NCBI GenBank assembly: GCA_963764725.1
Contig: CAVXTM010000002.1
Coordinates: 32,001-96,000, forward strand
DNA: 64,000 nt
Source of the DNA: an uncultured Gammaproteobacteria bacterium
GTDB taxonomy: Bacteria; Pseudomonadota; Gammaproteobacteria; JACCXJ01
Direction: 5' to 3'
The notes under the pieces: generated by a model
What the model was told of the DNA's origin: nothing
The model's input: the letters and a program-made list of their open reading frames with translations, nothing else
The model's database searches: none
Position numbers and translations under genes: made by a program
In this document: positions 54,154 through 63,870 of the stretch, one piece after another
Layout: each line of letters starts with the position of its first letter
How positions within the stretch are numbered: the first letter of the stretch is position 1

Positions 54154-56005
54154 GCCTCTATCCGCGTGGCTTGGTCCAGAGTCCGAGAAGCTAAAGGCCC
54201 AACGCGAGTTACTTGCCGGCCTTTGCCTCGAGGCGGCGAAATGCCTCAATCAGGATCTCGCCGCGCACTTGCCCGGCGAAGGCGCGCTGGATCCGCGCCT
54301 TAACGAGCTGCGCCGGATCCTCCTGGAGCGCGAACTAGCTACCCTCGCGCGGCTCGAACAATGTTTGGAGAACCCCGAAGAGCTCGCCGCTGCAGTCAGT
54401 CACATCCTTCCTTCGGCGATTCTTAAAGCCGCTGCCCGCGACGGACGACTGAGCGAGGTGCTCGCGCCGACCTTCGAGGGGGCTGCCCAGTCATCCATTA
54501 GAAAGGACCCGCGCACGTTGGTAAGTATCCTCCATCCCCTGATGGGACCGGCCATCCGCAAATCCATCGCCGAAGCCATCGGGAGCACTGTGCAGTCGCT
54601 GAACGAGATGTTGAAGCACAGCCTTTCCTGGAAAGGCCTGAAATGGCGTCTGGAGGCGTATCGATCAGGGACCTCCTTTGCCGAGATCGTGCTGAAGCAT
54701 ACCTTGATTTATCGGGTCGAGCATATCTTTCTGATTCATAAGCACACAGGACTGCTCTTGCAACATGTGGCCGCCGACAGTGCGGTGACCCAGGATCCCG
54801 AGATCGTCTCCTCGATGTTGACGGCGATCCAGGATTTCGTGCGCGACTCGTTCTCGGGGACCGCAAACGCCGACCTCGATGCGTTACGGCTCGGGGAGCT
54901 CGTAGTCTGGTGCGAGCAAGGCCCTTACGCGTTTCTGGTCGCAGTCATCCGCGGCAATCCCCCGGAGGCGCTCCATGATGTCCTGGGCGATGCCTTGAGC
55001 ACTGTCCATGCAGAGCAGGGGCAGGCCCTGGCAGGCTTCGATGGAGATACCGCCGTTTTCCGGGCGCTGCAAGAGCAGCTCGCCGACTGCCTTAAGGTCC
55101 AGGCGAAACCCCCCGCCCAAGGGACGTCCCCCGCTCTTTGGGTCCTGTTCCTCCTTCCCGTTGCGTTGGCCTTGTTCGGCGGCTACTGGCTCTACCAGCG
55201 TTACCAGGACGACCGCCAGTGGGCCGCTTACGTCGAGCGGTTGCAGGCCGAGCCCGGCATCATTGTCACCGGTTTCGAGCGGCGCAACGGCACCTGGTAC
55301 CTGACCGGGCTTCGCGATCCCCTGGCCGCTGACCCGGAGGCACTGATGGTCGAAGCGAAGCTGATCCCAGCGAGAGTCTCGGCGCGCTGGGAGCCCTACC
55401 AGGCGCTGCACCCAGCGTTCGTCTTGAAGCGAATAGGGGCTATCCTGGCGCCCCCGTCCAGCGTGGCGCTCGCGCTCGAAGGCGATACCATACGCGCTCA
55501 TGGCTCCGCACCCCACGCGTGGATCGAGCAGGCGCGCCGCCTCGGACGGACACTGCCTCCCGGCTCGCCCGCGCTCGACCTGGGTTCGGTGAAAGACCTC
55601 AACCACCTAGAGCAGCTAGAGTTCGACAGACTGCGTAAGGCCATCGCATCGACGCTGATTCACTTCGCCCGAGATGATCCTCTTCCTGCTCCGGATCAAG
55701 AAGCCGCGATCGATGCTGTGGCTTCTGAGCTTCGCGAGTTAAGGTTACTTGCACAGCTCTTGGGGCTCACGGCGCGCGTCACGATTGTTGGCCATGCGGA
55801 CGCCACCGGCAAGAGCCGGGCGAACCTCGCGCTTAGCATGGGACGCGCCGAGGCCGTGCGCTCGCTGCTAGGCGCCAAGGGTGTCGACACCGATTTCGTA
55901 TTCATACGCGCCGCGGGTCCTCTAGAACCCTTACAGGCGGAAGCCTCGGATACCGATCGCGCTCGCAACCGACGCGTGTCCTTCACCGTGAGCCTCGTAG
56001 AATAA
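54140..56005 (+). CDS. Membrane-anchored OmpA/MotB-domain protein with large cytoplasmic N-terminal region
   Basis: YRVEHIFLIH..TGLLL and MLTAIQDFV.DSF region, one TM helix, C-terminal GHADATG....N..LS..RA...RNRRV. Confidence 0.88.
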   Translation: MSIPEPLSAWLGPESEKLKAQRELLAGLCLEAAKCLNQDLAAHLPGEGALDPRLNELRRILLERELATLARLEQCLENPEELAAAVSHILPSAILKAAARDGRLSEVLAPTFEGAAQSSIRKDPRTLVSILHPLMGPAIRKSIAEAIGSTVQSLNEMLKHSLSWKGLKWRLEAYRSGTSFAEIVLKHTLIYRVEHIFLIHKHTGLLLQHVAADSAVTQDPEIVSSMLTAIQDFVRDSFSGTANADLDALRLGELVVWCEQGPYAFLVAVIRGNPPEALHDVLGDALSTVHAEQGQALAGFDGDTAVFRALQEQLADCLKVQAKPPAQGTSPALWVLFLLPVALALFGGYWLYQRYQDDRQWAAYVERLQAEPGIIVTGFERRNGTWYLTGLRDPLAADPEALMVEAKLIPARVSARWEPYQALHPAFVLKRIGAILAPPSSVALALEGDTIRAHGSAPHAWIEQARRLGRTLPPGSPALDLGSVKDLNHLEQLEFDRLRKAIASTLIHFARDDPLPAPDQEAAIDAVASELRELRLLAQLLGLTARVTIVGHADATGKSRANLALSMGRAEAVRSLLGAKGVDTDFVFIRAAGPLEPLQAEASDTDRARNRRVSFTVSLVE

Positions 56006-56026
56006 GCCAGGGAGCAGGCGCGCGCG

Positions 56027-56521
56027 ATGCTGCAAAAGAAGATCTGCATGCTGGGTTTTTTCGGCGTCGGTAAGACCAGCCTGGTGCAGCGTTATGTCTG
56101 CAGCGTATTCTCGGATACTTATCTTACAACGGTGGGGGTCAAGATCGACAAAAAGACCGTAACCGTGAGGGAGCAAACCCTCAATCTGTTGTTGTGGGAT
56201 ATCGCCGGGGCGGATGACGTTTCCGCGCTGCGTACCATCTATCTACGCGGCGCGGCCGGCTATCTGCTGGTGGCCGATGGCACGCGTCCCGAGACACTGA
56301 AGGCCGCGCAGTCGCTGCAAGGACAGGTGGTGTCGGAACTAGGACCGGTGCCGTTCGTGGTGCTGCTGAATAAGCACGATCTTGCCGGAGAGTGGCGGAT
56401 CTCCGAGCACGATGTTGTTGAGCTGACCGGCGCCGGTTGGACGGTCTATACCACGAGTGCTCGGACCGGCGAAGGTGTAGAGGCTGCCTTTCAAACACTC
56501 GCCGAGTGTATCCTTGGGTAA
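56027..56521 (+). CDS. Ras/Rab-like small GTPase
   Basis: G1 GFFGVGKTS, G2 YLTTVG, G3 WDIAG, G4 NKHD, G5 TSARTG. Confidence 0.93.
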   Translation: MLQKKICMLGFFGVGKTSLVQRYVCSVFSDTYLTTVGVKIDKKTVTVREQTLNLLLWDIAGADDVSALRTIYLRGAAGYLLVADGTRPETLKAAQSLQGQVVSELGPVPFVVLLNKHDLAGEWRISEHDVVELTGAGWTVYTTSARTGEGVEAAFQTLAECILG

Positions 56522-57752
56522 AGCGATATTCGATCTGCCGGCCAGCGTCGCAAGCTCTTTGTGCTCGCTGGTCACGACGGAACGCGCCCCGGCCTATCTG
56601 ATTGTCGATGGGTCTCTGACCTTGAGAGGAGCCGGTGGCAGTCTCCAAAACTATGGACTGGAGGCGCTAGCGCTTGGCTGCCCGGCCACCGAACAAGCGG
56701 TGTTTCTCGAAGGACTTCTGCCGTTTGGTGACGCGCCGCTCGTCATGAAGGCGGTGGAGATGCCTTCTGGACGGGCCGCCGACCTTCATCTCCATCCTGC
56801 AGAGGAGGGTGGGTGGATCCTGCTCCTAGATTGCACTGCGGAGCGCGCGGAAACACAGCGCTTGCAGCAGAGAGCTTACGATATGACGCTATTGCGCCAG
56901 CGAGAAGCCCGGCTCAAAGAGGAGCTTGCGGCGGCCTTCGCGGCGCTGGAACGCAGCAATGAGGAACTGAAGCGACTGAGGGTAAAGCTCGAAGAGGAAA
57001 ACTTGCGCTTAAGCGCCGAACTTGAAGTGGCTCGCCGCCTCCAGGCAATGTTACTCCCTACCCCGGAGGAGCTCCGCCACGTTCAGTATGTAGATGTCGC
57101 TTGCTTCATGCAGCCTGCAGCCGAGGTCGGGGGCGATTACTACGATGTGCTGCAGTATGGCGGGCACACGTTCATCGCTATTGGAGACGTCACCGGCCAC
57201 GGATTGCATAGCGGGGTGGTGATGTTAATGGCGCAGGTTGGAGTGCGCGCGCTCATCGCCACTAAAGACAGCGATCCGGTCCGATTCTTTCAGGTATTGA
57301 ATCGAACGCTTCATGATAACATCGCCCGCATGCGAGGGGACAAGAGCCTGAGCCTTGCAGTCCTCGATTTCAAGGACGGAGAGTTTCGTGTTAGCGGCCA
57401 ACACGAGCAAATCATCGTCGTCAGGCGGGGAGGTCAGGTCGAGCTCGTGGACACGCTCGACCTCGGTTTCCCGATCGGCTTGTATGACGACATCGCTTCC
57501 TTTGTTCACGAGAAGAAGGTGCGGCTTGGCGCGGGTGACGGTGTGGTTCTGTACACCGACGGTTTCACCGAGGCGGAGAACCCCGCCGGAGAGCAATACA
57601 GCTTAGAAAGGTTGTGCGAGGCCGTGAGGCTCAATTGGGCGAAGCCGGTTGAAGCCATCAAGGACGCTATAGTCGCCGACGTGCGAGCGTTTATCGACGT
57701 GCAAACTGTCTACGACGACTTGACGTTAGTCGTGGCCAAACAGAAGCGGTAG
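56514..57752 (+). CDS. PP2C (RsbU/SpoIIE-type) phosphatase with PAS-like N-terminus and coiled coil
   Basis: A..LQ.MLLP, VGGDYYD, IGDVTGHG, LYTDG.TEA, DDLTLVV. Confidence 0.92.
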   Translation: MGKAIFDLPASVASSLCSLVTTERAPAYLIVDGSLTLRGAGGSLQNYGLEALALGCPATEQAVFLEGLLPFGDAPLVMKAVEMPSGRAADLHLHPAEEGGWILLLDCTAERAETQRLQQRAYDMTLLRQREARLKEELAAAFAALERSNEELKRLRVKLEEENLRLSAELEVARRLQAMLLPTPEELRHVQYVDVACFMQPAAEVGGDYYDVLQYGGHTFIAIGDVTGHGLHSGVVMLMAQVGVRALIATKDSDPVRFFQVLNRTLHDNIARMRGDKSLSLAVLDFKDGEFRVSGQHEQIIVVRRGGQVELVDTLDLGFPIGLYDDIASFVHEKKVRLGAGDGVVLYTDGFTEAENPAGEQYSLERLCEAVRLNWAKPVEAIKDAIVADVRAFIDVQTVYDDLTLVVAKQKR

Positions 57753-57770
57753 GTGTCTGTTCGGCGTACA

Positions 57771-58343
57771 ATGGCCGAGTTTTTTGGCAACTTTACGGAA
57801 AGGGACGTGCGCGACGCGGAATGTCTTGAGCTCCGTTTTTCCGCTACCTCGATTCCTTTGCGGCAGCGGTGGCGAAACAATCGCCTATCGGCGGATTTTC
57901 TTAGTGATTGCTTGAAATCCTTTTTTCCTGGTGAGGATACTGGAAGCGTAGGTAGGCGCGAAGCAGCGAAGAGCGCCGTGAGTTACATCGCCAACGAGTT
58001 ATTGGAGAACGCGATGAAGTTCACGCATGCACCGTCGGAGTACCCGGTTACCATCGGTATGCATCTCGATCGGAACCAGCTGCGATTCTATGTTACGAAC
58101 AGTGTAGATGCCGAAGCGGAGCAAGGCTTGAGAGCGATGATTCGAAGGCTGCTGACAGAAGAGACCAAGGAGTTGTTTATCAAACAACTGGAGAGCAGCG
58201 GGGAAGGACGAGGCTCGGGGTCCGGTTTGGGTTATCTGACGATGATTAATGATTATGGCGCCGAGCTCGCATGGAAGCTCGAACCCCATGAAGGTGATTC
58301 GCGGGTAATGAAGGTCACGACCCTCGTGAAGCTACCCCTATGA
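57771..58343 (+). CDS. Anti-sigma-factor-like HATPase protein (slr1658-like)
   Basis: L.QRWRNN.LSADFL, NELLENAMKF, SGLG.LTMINDY. Confidence 0.8.
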   Translation: MAEFFGNFTERDVRDAECLELRFSATSIPLRQRWRNNRLSADFLSDCLKSFFPGEDTGSVGRREAAKSAVSYIANELLENAMKFTHAPSEYPVTIGMHLDRNQLRFYVTNSVDAEAEQGLRAMIRRLLTEETKELFIKQLESSGEGRGSGSGLGYLTMINDYGAELAWKLEPHEGDSRVMKVTTLVKLPL

Positions 58344-58361
58344 AGCGCGTGTAGCGTTGCT

Positions 58362-58703
58362 ATGGAAATAATTCAACAAGACTACCAGATCAGATATGAC
58401 CCGCACGCGAGCACGGTCATATGCTCGGGGTCGTTTCGCTTAACCGGCGACGAATACGCGTCCATTATCGAGATCCTGAATGCAGCGGCGGATGCAAAGC
58501 CCTGCGAGCTCACGCTAGACGTGACCGGACTTCAGTTCCTCAACAGCTCAGGGATACATACCCTGTCTAAGTTCGTACTGCGTGTGCGCGGGCACAATAC
58601 GACTCGGGTCACGGTTAGAGGCACTAGCAAATGTCCCTGGCAGCAAAAATCATTGGCCAACCTGGAGCGGCTTCTACCCGGCCTACGACTGGAGCTGGAA
58701 TGA
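58362..58703 (+). CDS. STAS-like anti-anti-sigma protein (slr1659-like)
   Basis: LD...LQFLNSSGI..LSKFV, PWQ.KSL.NL.RL.P. Confidence 0.85.
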   Translation: MEIIQQDYQIRYDPHASTVICSGSFRLTGDEYASIIEILNAAADAKPCELTLDVTGLQFLNSSGIHTLSKFVLRVRGHNTTRVTVRGTSKCPWQQKSLANLERLLPGLRLELE

Positions 58704-60112
58704 TTCCGGAACCTCAAAGAGACCCCGCATTGTTGGCTGACGATCAAGTGGCGGAGGTGCAGTGTCTTCGGCGGCGAATTGAAGAGCTTGAGCAAGACAA
58801 GCGGGATCTGGAAATGGTGCTGGAGATGACTACAGAGCATTCGGATAACGTTGAGGAAGAGCTGCATACCAAGGCCGAGGAGGCGCTGCGGGAAAGCGAA
58901 AGGAGGTTACGGGTCATCGTGGAAGCGACTCCGATCCCCGTCGTGATCAGCCGGGAAGCGGATGACCAAATCGTATACGCAAACGCCATGGCAGGCCCTC
59001 TGCTAAGCCTGCCGACCCGAACCCTGGTGGGCCGGACTATAACGGAGTTTTACCATGATCCCAGCGCTCAACAGGAGTTGTTGGAGGTGTTGGCGGTTGA
59101 GGGGCACGTCGATCATCGGGAGGTCCGATTCCAAGGTGCGGATGGCAGGGTGTTTTGGGTGGACGTCTCGATGCGCCTATTGGATTTTAACGGTGAAGCG
59201 AGCCTGCTGAGTGCTTGGCACGACATTACCCATCTCAAGGAGCTCAATTTGGCCGCTAGCTGTTTCGTACCGAGCGAATACCTAGCATTTCTCGAGAAGG
59301 ATAGTCTAGTCGATGTTCACTTGGGTGATCACGTCAGCGGGGAGATGACAGTGATGTTTTCGGACCTACGCTCTTTCACCTCGCTCTCGGAGGATATGAC
59401 GTCGCAGGAAAACTTCGACTTCGTCAATGCTTATCTCGGGCGGGTGAGCCCTGTCATTCGGCAACACCGCGGGTTCATCGTTAAATATCTTGGCGACGGC
59501 ATCATGGCCATTTTCCCGAGAAGCGCCGATGATGGCGTTCAGGCCGGGATCGAGAAACTGAATCAGGTCAACGAATACAATGCCTATCGAAAAACCAAAC
59601 GCCGCTTTCCAATACAGATCGGCATAGGAGTCAACACAGGACATATGATGGTCGGCATGGTGGGAGAGCGGCATCGGATGCAAGGCGATGCGTTTTCCGA
59701 CCATGTAAATCTGACCTCCCGACTGGAAGCCCTGACCAGACACTACAGCATCTCGTACATCATTACTGCGGCTACCAAGGAACGATTGGCAGACCCGGGG
59801 CGTTACGATATCCGCTTTCTGGACAAGGTTCAGCTAAAAGGCAAATACAAGCCCTTGGATCTGTACGAGGTTTACAGCGCGGATCTGCCCGAGTTCCGAT
59901 CACTGAAGCAAGAGACCCAGGAGGAATACGAACAGGCCTTAGCACATTTCTATGCACGGAAGTTCGCCGAAGCGCAATCCATGCTGTTTCGGGTGTTGCA
60001 GAAAAACCCAAGGGATAAAGTTGCCTGGCACCATCTGATAAAGACTACCGAGTGTCTTGATAACGGATTTCCTGAGAACTGGACCGGGGTCACAGTGATG
60101 GCGAGCAAATAG
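58700..60112 (+). CDS. PAS-domain class III adenylate cyclase with TPR-like tail
   Basis: VMFSDLRSFT, VKYLGDG, DAFSD.VNL.SRLE; Lys/Asp pair suggests ATP specificity; ATGA-coupled. Confidence 0.92.
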   Translation: MIPEPQRDPALLADDQVAEVQCLRRRIEELEQDKRDLEMVLEMTTEHSDNVEEELHTKAEEALRESERRLRVIVEATPIPVVISREADDQIVYANAMAGPLLSLPTRTLVGRTITEFYHDPSAQQELLEVLAVEGHVDHREVRFQGADGRVFWVDVSMRLLDFNGEASLLSAWHDITHLKELNLAASCFVPSEYLAFLEKDSLVDVHLGDHVSGEMTVMFSDLRSFTSLSEDMTSQENFDFVNAYLGRVSPVIRQHRGFIVKYLGDGIMAIFPRSADDGVQAGIEKLNQVNEYNAYRKTKRRFPIQIGIGVNTGHMMVGMVGERHRMQGDAFSDHVNLTSRLEALTRHYSISYIITAATKERLADPGRYDIRFLDKVQLKGKYKPLDLYEVYSADLPEFRSLKQETQEEYEQALAHFYARKFAEAQSMLFRVLQKNPRDKVAWHHLIKTTECLDNGFPENWTGVTVMASK

Positions 60113-60369
60113 GCTGGCGTCGTTTCTTAACGATTATTTCGATACGCTCGCACAACCGCCTCTACCGAGCTATCCCGGCGACGGTCCGGCGCGTTTCTTC
60201 CTCTGCGAGCGCTATCAAAGCGGAGTAGCCGAACCCGAAGGTCCGCGCATCATCCGCATGGACGCCAAGTAAGGGACGTGGATTTTCAATGCCGTCGCGG
60301 CTCTTCCTACTGGACCGCCGGGGCACAACGCTAGTATGCGCCACACACATCGCGTCGTAGGATCCCCGA

Positions 60370-61942
60370 ATGCTCAATGGTAACGGCAAATCCCTCGAAT
60401 CCTGGATCTGGGACGCCGCCTGTTCCATCCGCGGCGCGAAGGACGCGCCGAAGTACAAGGATTTCATCCTCCCGCTGATCTTCGCCAAGCGCCTGTGCGA
60501 CGTGTTCGATGACGAGCTGAACCGCATCGCCCAGGGGGTAGGGGCGGGTCTAGTACCCGCCCAAGCGCGCGCTAAGGCCTTCAAGCTAGTCAAGCACGAC
60601 AAGAAACTCGTGCGCTTCTACCTGCCGCTGGAGCCGAAGACTCCGGATGACGCGGTCTGGTCGGTTATCCGCACGCTCTCGGACAAGATCGGCGAGCAGC
60701 TCACCACCCACCTGCGCGCCATCGCCGACGCCAACCCGTTGCTCAAGGGCATCATCGACCGCGTGGACTTCAACGCCACCACCCACGGCCAGCGCGACCT
60801 CGACGACGACCGCCTCTCGAACCTGATCGAGTCAATCAGCGCCAAACGGCTCGGCCTCAATGACGTAGAGTCAGACATCATCGGCCGCAGCTACGAATAC
60901 CTCATCCGCAAGTTCGCGGAAGGCTCAGGCCAGAGCGCGGGCGAGTTCTATACCCCCGCCGAGGTAGCCCTCGTTATGGCCCGCATCATGGATCCCGAGT
61001 CGGGCATGGACGTGTACGACCCCTGCTGCGGCTCCGCCGGCCTGCTCATCAAGTGCCGCCTCGTATTCGACGAGAAGATGAAGCTACGCGCAAGACGAAC
61101 CCGCGCCCGCTCCGTGCTACGGCCAGGAAAACGAGCCCGGCACCTGGGCCATGGCCAACATGAACATGATCATCCATGACATGGAAGGCGAGATTCAGAT
61201 TGGCGACACCTTCCGCAAGCCAAAATTCCGCAAGGGCAACCGCCTCCAGACCTTCGACCGCGTGGTGGCCAATCCCATGTGGAACCAGACCGAGTTCAAG
61301 GAGAAGGACTACGACGCCGACGAGCTCGACCGCTTCCCCAAGGGCGCGGGTTACCCCGGAAGCAAGGCCGACTGGGGCTGGATACAGCACATCCTCGCGA
61401 GCCTGAAGCCCAACGGCCGCGCCGCCGTGGTCCTCGACACCGGCGCCGCCTCGCGCGGCTCCGGCAACGCCAACACCAACAAGGAAAAAGACGTGCGCCG
61501 CTGGTGCGTGGAGCAGGACCTGATCGAGGGCGTGCTCTACCTGCCGGAAAACCTCTTCTACAACACCACCGCGCCGGGCATCGTCATCGTGCTCAACAAG
61601 GCCAAGCCGAAGGAGCGCCAGGGTAAGCTGTTCCTGCTCAACGCCAGCCGCGAGTTCGTGAAGGGCGACCCGAAGAACTACATTCCGGAAGACGCCATCG
61701 CCCGCATCGCCGACACCTTCAACGGGTGGAAGGAAGTGGACAAGTATTCGCGAATCGTCACCCGCGAGGAGATCGCCAAGAACGACTACAACATCTCTCC
61801 GAGCCGCTACATCCACACGGGCGCAAGGCGAGGAATACCGGCCGATTCGGGAGATTGTGGAGGAGTTGGAGGCACTGGAAGAGGAGGCGAAGGAAAGCGA
61901 CGCGGCGCTAAAACGGATTCTGGCGGCTATCGGGAGCTATAG
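60370..61942 (+). pseudogene. hsdM: Type I R-M methyltransferase HsdM with frameshifts near 61100 and 61820 (real or sequencing error)
   Basis: IWDAACSIRG, G..YEYLI.KFA, GEFYTP, YDPCCGSAG, YGQE, ANPMW, LPENLFYNT. Confidence 0.88.
60538..60562 (+). repeat. GTAG-type REP hairpin inside hsdM
   Basis: GTAG-GGGCGGGT-CTAGT-ACCCGCCC, perfect 8-bp stem. Confidence 0.7.
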
Positions 61943-61945
61943 CCA

Positions 61946-62179
61946 GTGAAATGGACGGCTTATTTTCTCTATACTCGGATGCGCCCTGATCGGAGCGGAA
62001 TTCGGGACGAATGGATCGAACGCGCCATCCGCCAACCCCTACGCGGGGTAATCCAGACCGATGGCCGCATACGGCGCTGGGTTCGTATCCCCGAAATGGG
62101 CAATCGCGCGCGCGTGATCCTGATGGAAGATGGCAAGACCGTGCATAATGCCTTCTTTGACCGGGATTTCGAGGAATGA
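61946..62179 (+). CDS. Small BrnT/DUF4258-like putative toxin
   Basis: EWIERAI..P.....Q.DGRIR.W......RV.L.EDG.TVHNAFFDR.F. Confidence 0.65.
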   Translation: MKWTAYFLYTRMRPDRSGIRDEWIERAIRQPLRGVIQTDGRIRRWVRIPEMGNRARVILMEDGKTVHNAFFDRDFEE

Positions 62180-62182
62180 CTC

Positions 62183-62401
62183 ATGAATGTCAAATACTTC
62201 GCTGATACCGATACCGCGCTGCTGGAATTCTCTGATCATCCGCCCGTGGAAACTCGGGAGATCAACGAAAACCTCTACATTGATGTGGATGCGCAGGGGC
62301 GGGTCGTCAGCGTCACCATCGAGCATGCCCACCAATCGGTACAGATGCCGGATTTCTCCTATCAGGTCATCGCCGGTCCTGAGCAAGATGTGCGCGCTTA
62401 A
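62183..62401 (+). CDS. DUF2283 family protein (putative antitoxin)
   Basis: VKYF.DTDT..LEFS......T.EI.EN..IDVD..G.VV..TIEHA. Confidence 0.85.
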   Translation: MNVKYFADTDTALLEFSDHPPVETREINENLYIDVDAQGRVVSVTIEHAHQSVQMPDFSYQVIAGPEQDVRA

Positions 62402-62414
62402 GCCAAAACATCAG

Positions 62415-62538
62415 CACGGGTGAGGGCGAGGAATACCGGCCGATAGCGAAGATTGTGGAGGAGTTGAAGGCATTGGAAGGTGAAGCCGCGACGACTGATG
62501 CGGCTCTGAAAAGCATCCTCAAGGCGTTGCATGTCTGA
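62415..62538 (+). repeat. Diverged duplicate of the hsdM 3' end
   Basis: Encodes TGEGEEYRPIAKIVEELKALEGEA..TDAALK.IL; matches 61816-61935 (GEEYRPIREIVEELEALEEEA..SDAALK.IL); its stop overlaps the hsdS ATG. Confidence 0.85.
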
Positions 62539-63857
62539 AATGGACGCACTCGCGACAACCGAACTCGGCTCACTCCCAACGGATTGGCGAGTCCAGCGAT
62601 TCGATTCACTGTTTGCCGTCCAGCAAGGTAAGCAGGTCTCAAAGAGGAACCGTCTCGGAGAAAACCAGCGCCCATTTCTGCGCACAAAGAATGTCTTCTG
62701 GGGTCGCCTCGACTTGGCGGACCTCGACGAGATGCACTTCACCGAGGCGGAAGAAAGCATCGACTGAGCCTTGAAACCCGGCGACTTGCTCGTCTGTGAG
62801 GGCGGCGACATCGGGCGTACCGCTATCTGGCGGGGACGAGCTGCCCGCTGTTACTAACCAGAACCACCTTCACCGCGCTCGCCTGCGGGATGATGTCGCG
62901 GACTCCCTTTTCGCGCTCTATTGGCTATCGGTATGCCTGGTCGAGGTTGGCAGCGATTATTTTGGGCGCGGCAACGTCACAACGATTCCGAATCTCTCAC
63001 AGTCAAAGCTTTGTGAGCTTCCGAGTTTGCGCGTTCCACCTCTCCCCGACCAGCGCAAGATCGCGGCAGTGTTGGGGCTGGTGCAGCGAGCGATCGAGCA
63101 GCAGGAGCGGCTGCTTCAGCTCACCGCCGAACTGAAAAAGACGCTCCTCCACCAACTCTTCACCCAAGGCCTGCGCGGCGAACCCCAAAAACAAACCGAA
63201 ATCGGCCCCGTGCCGGAGAGTTGGGAAGTGGTGGAACTCATCAGCGCCGTCGAACAGATCGACTATGGGTTTTCAGCACCTATTCCGAAAACCCCGCCAG
63301 AGAACGGCATCAAGATCGTGAGCACAGCCGACATCACTAAAGATGGTCGCTTGCTCTACGGCAAAATTCGCGGAATCGAAGCACCGGAGAAAACTGTGAA
63401 GAGACTAGCCCTGCGCACGGGCGATGTGCTGTTCAACTGGCGTAACTCGGCGGAGCTGATCGGGAAGACCGCAGTGTTTCAGGAACAGGACGAGGCTCAT
63501 GTGTTTGCCTCGTTCATTCTTCGCATCCGATGCGGCGAAAAGAAGTCCCACAACTTCTATCTCGCACACCTCATGAATCACTTCCGGGAGAAGGAGGTTT
63601 TCATCAAGCTCGCACGTCGCGCGGTGAATCAGGCGAATTACAACCGGAATGAAATTTCCGTCCTAAACATTCCGCTCCCGTCTTACCAAGAGCAGCGAGA
63701 TATTGCGGATATCATCGCGGTGGTGGATGCAAAGATTGATCTTCAACGTCGCAGACACGCGGCGCTCACCGCTTTGTTCCGCACCCTGCTGCACCAGTTG
63801 ATGACGGCGCAGATTCGCGTCCACGATCTCGACCTACCGGAATTAGAGACCGAGTGA
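62531..63857 (+). pseudogene. hsdS: Type I R-M specificity subunit HsdS, with at least one frameshift and further indels in TRD1
   Basis: TELG.LP.DW, PPL.DQ.KIA..L, KQTEIGPVPESW, PLP...EQ..IA, LL.QLMT.QIRV. Confidence 0.88.
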
Positions 63858-63870
63858 CAAGGGACTCTCT

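Noticed and set aside
58700-60112. Pycsar-type pyrimidine cyclase
   Set aside because: PAS input, Lys/Asp purine-specifying residues and partner-switch context indicate an ordinary signalling adenylate cyclase
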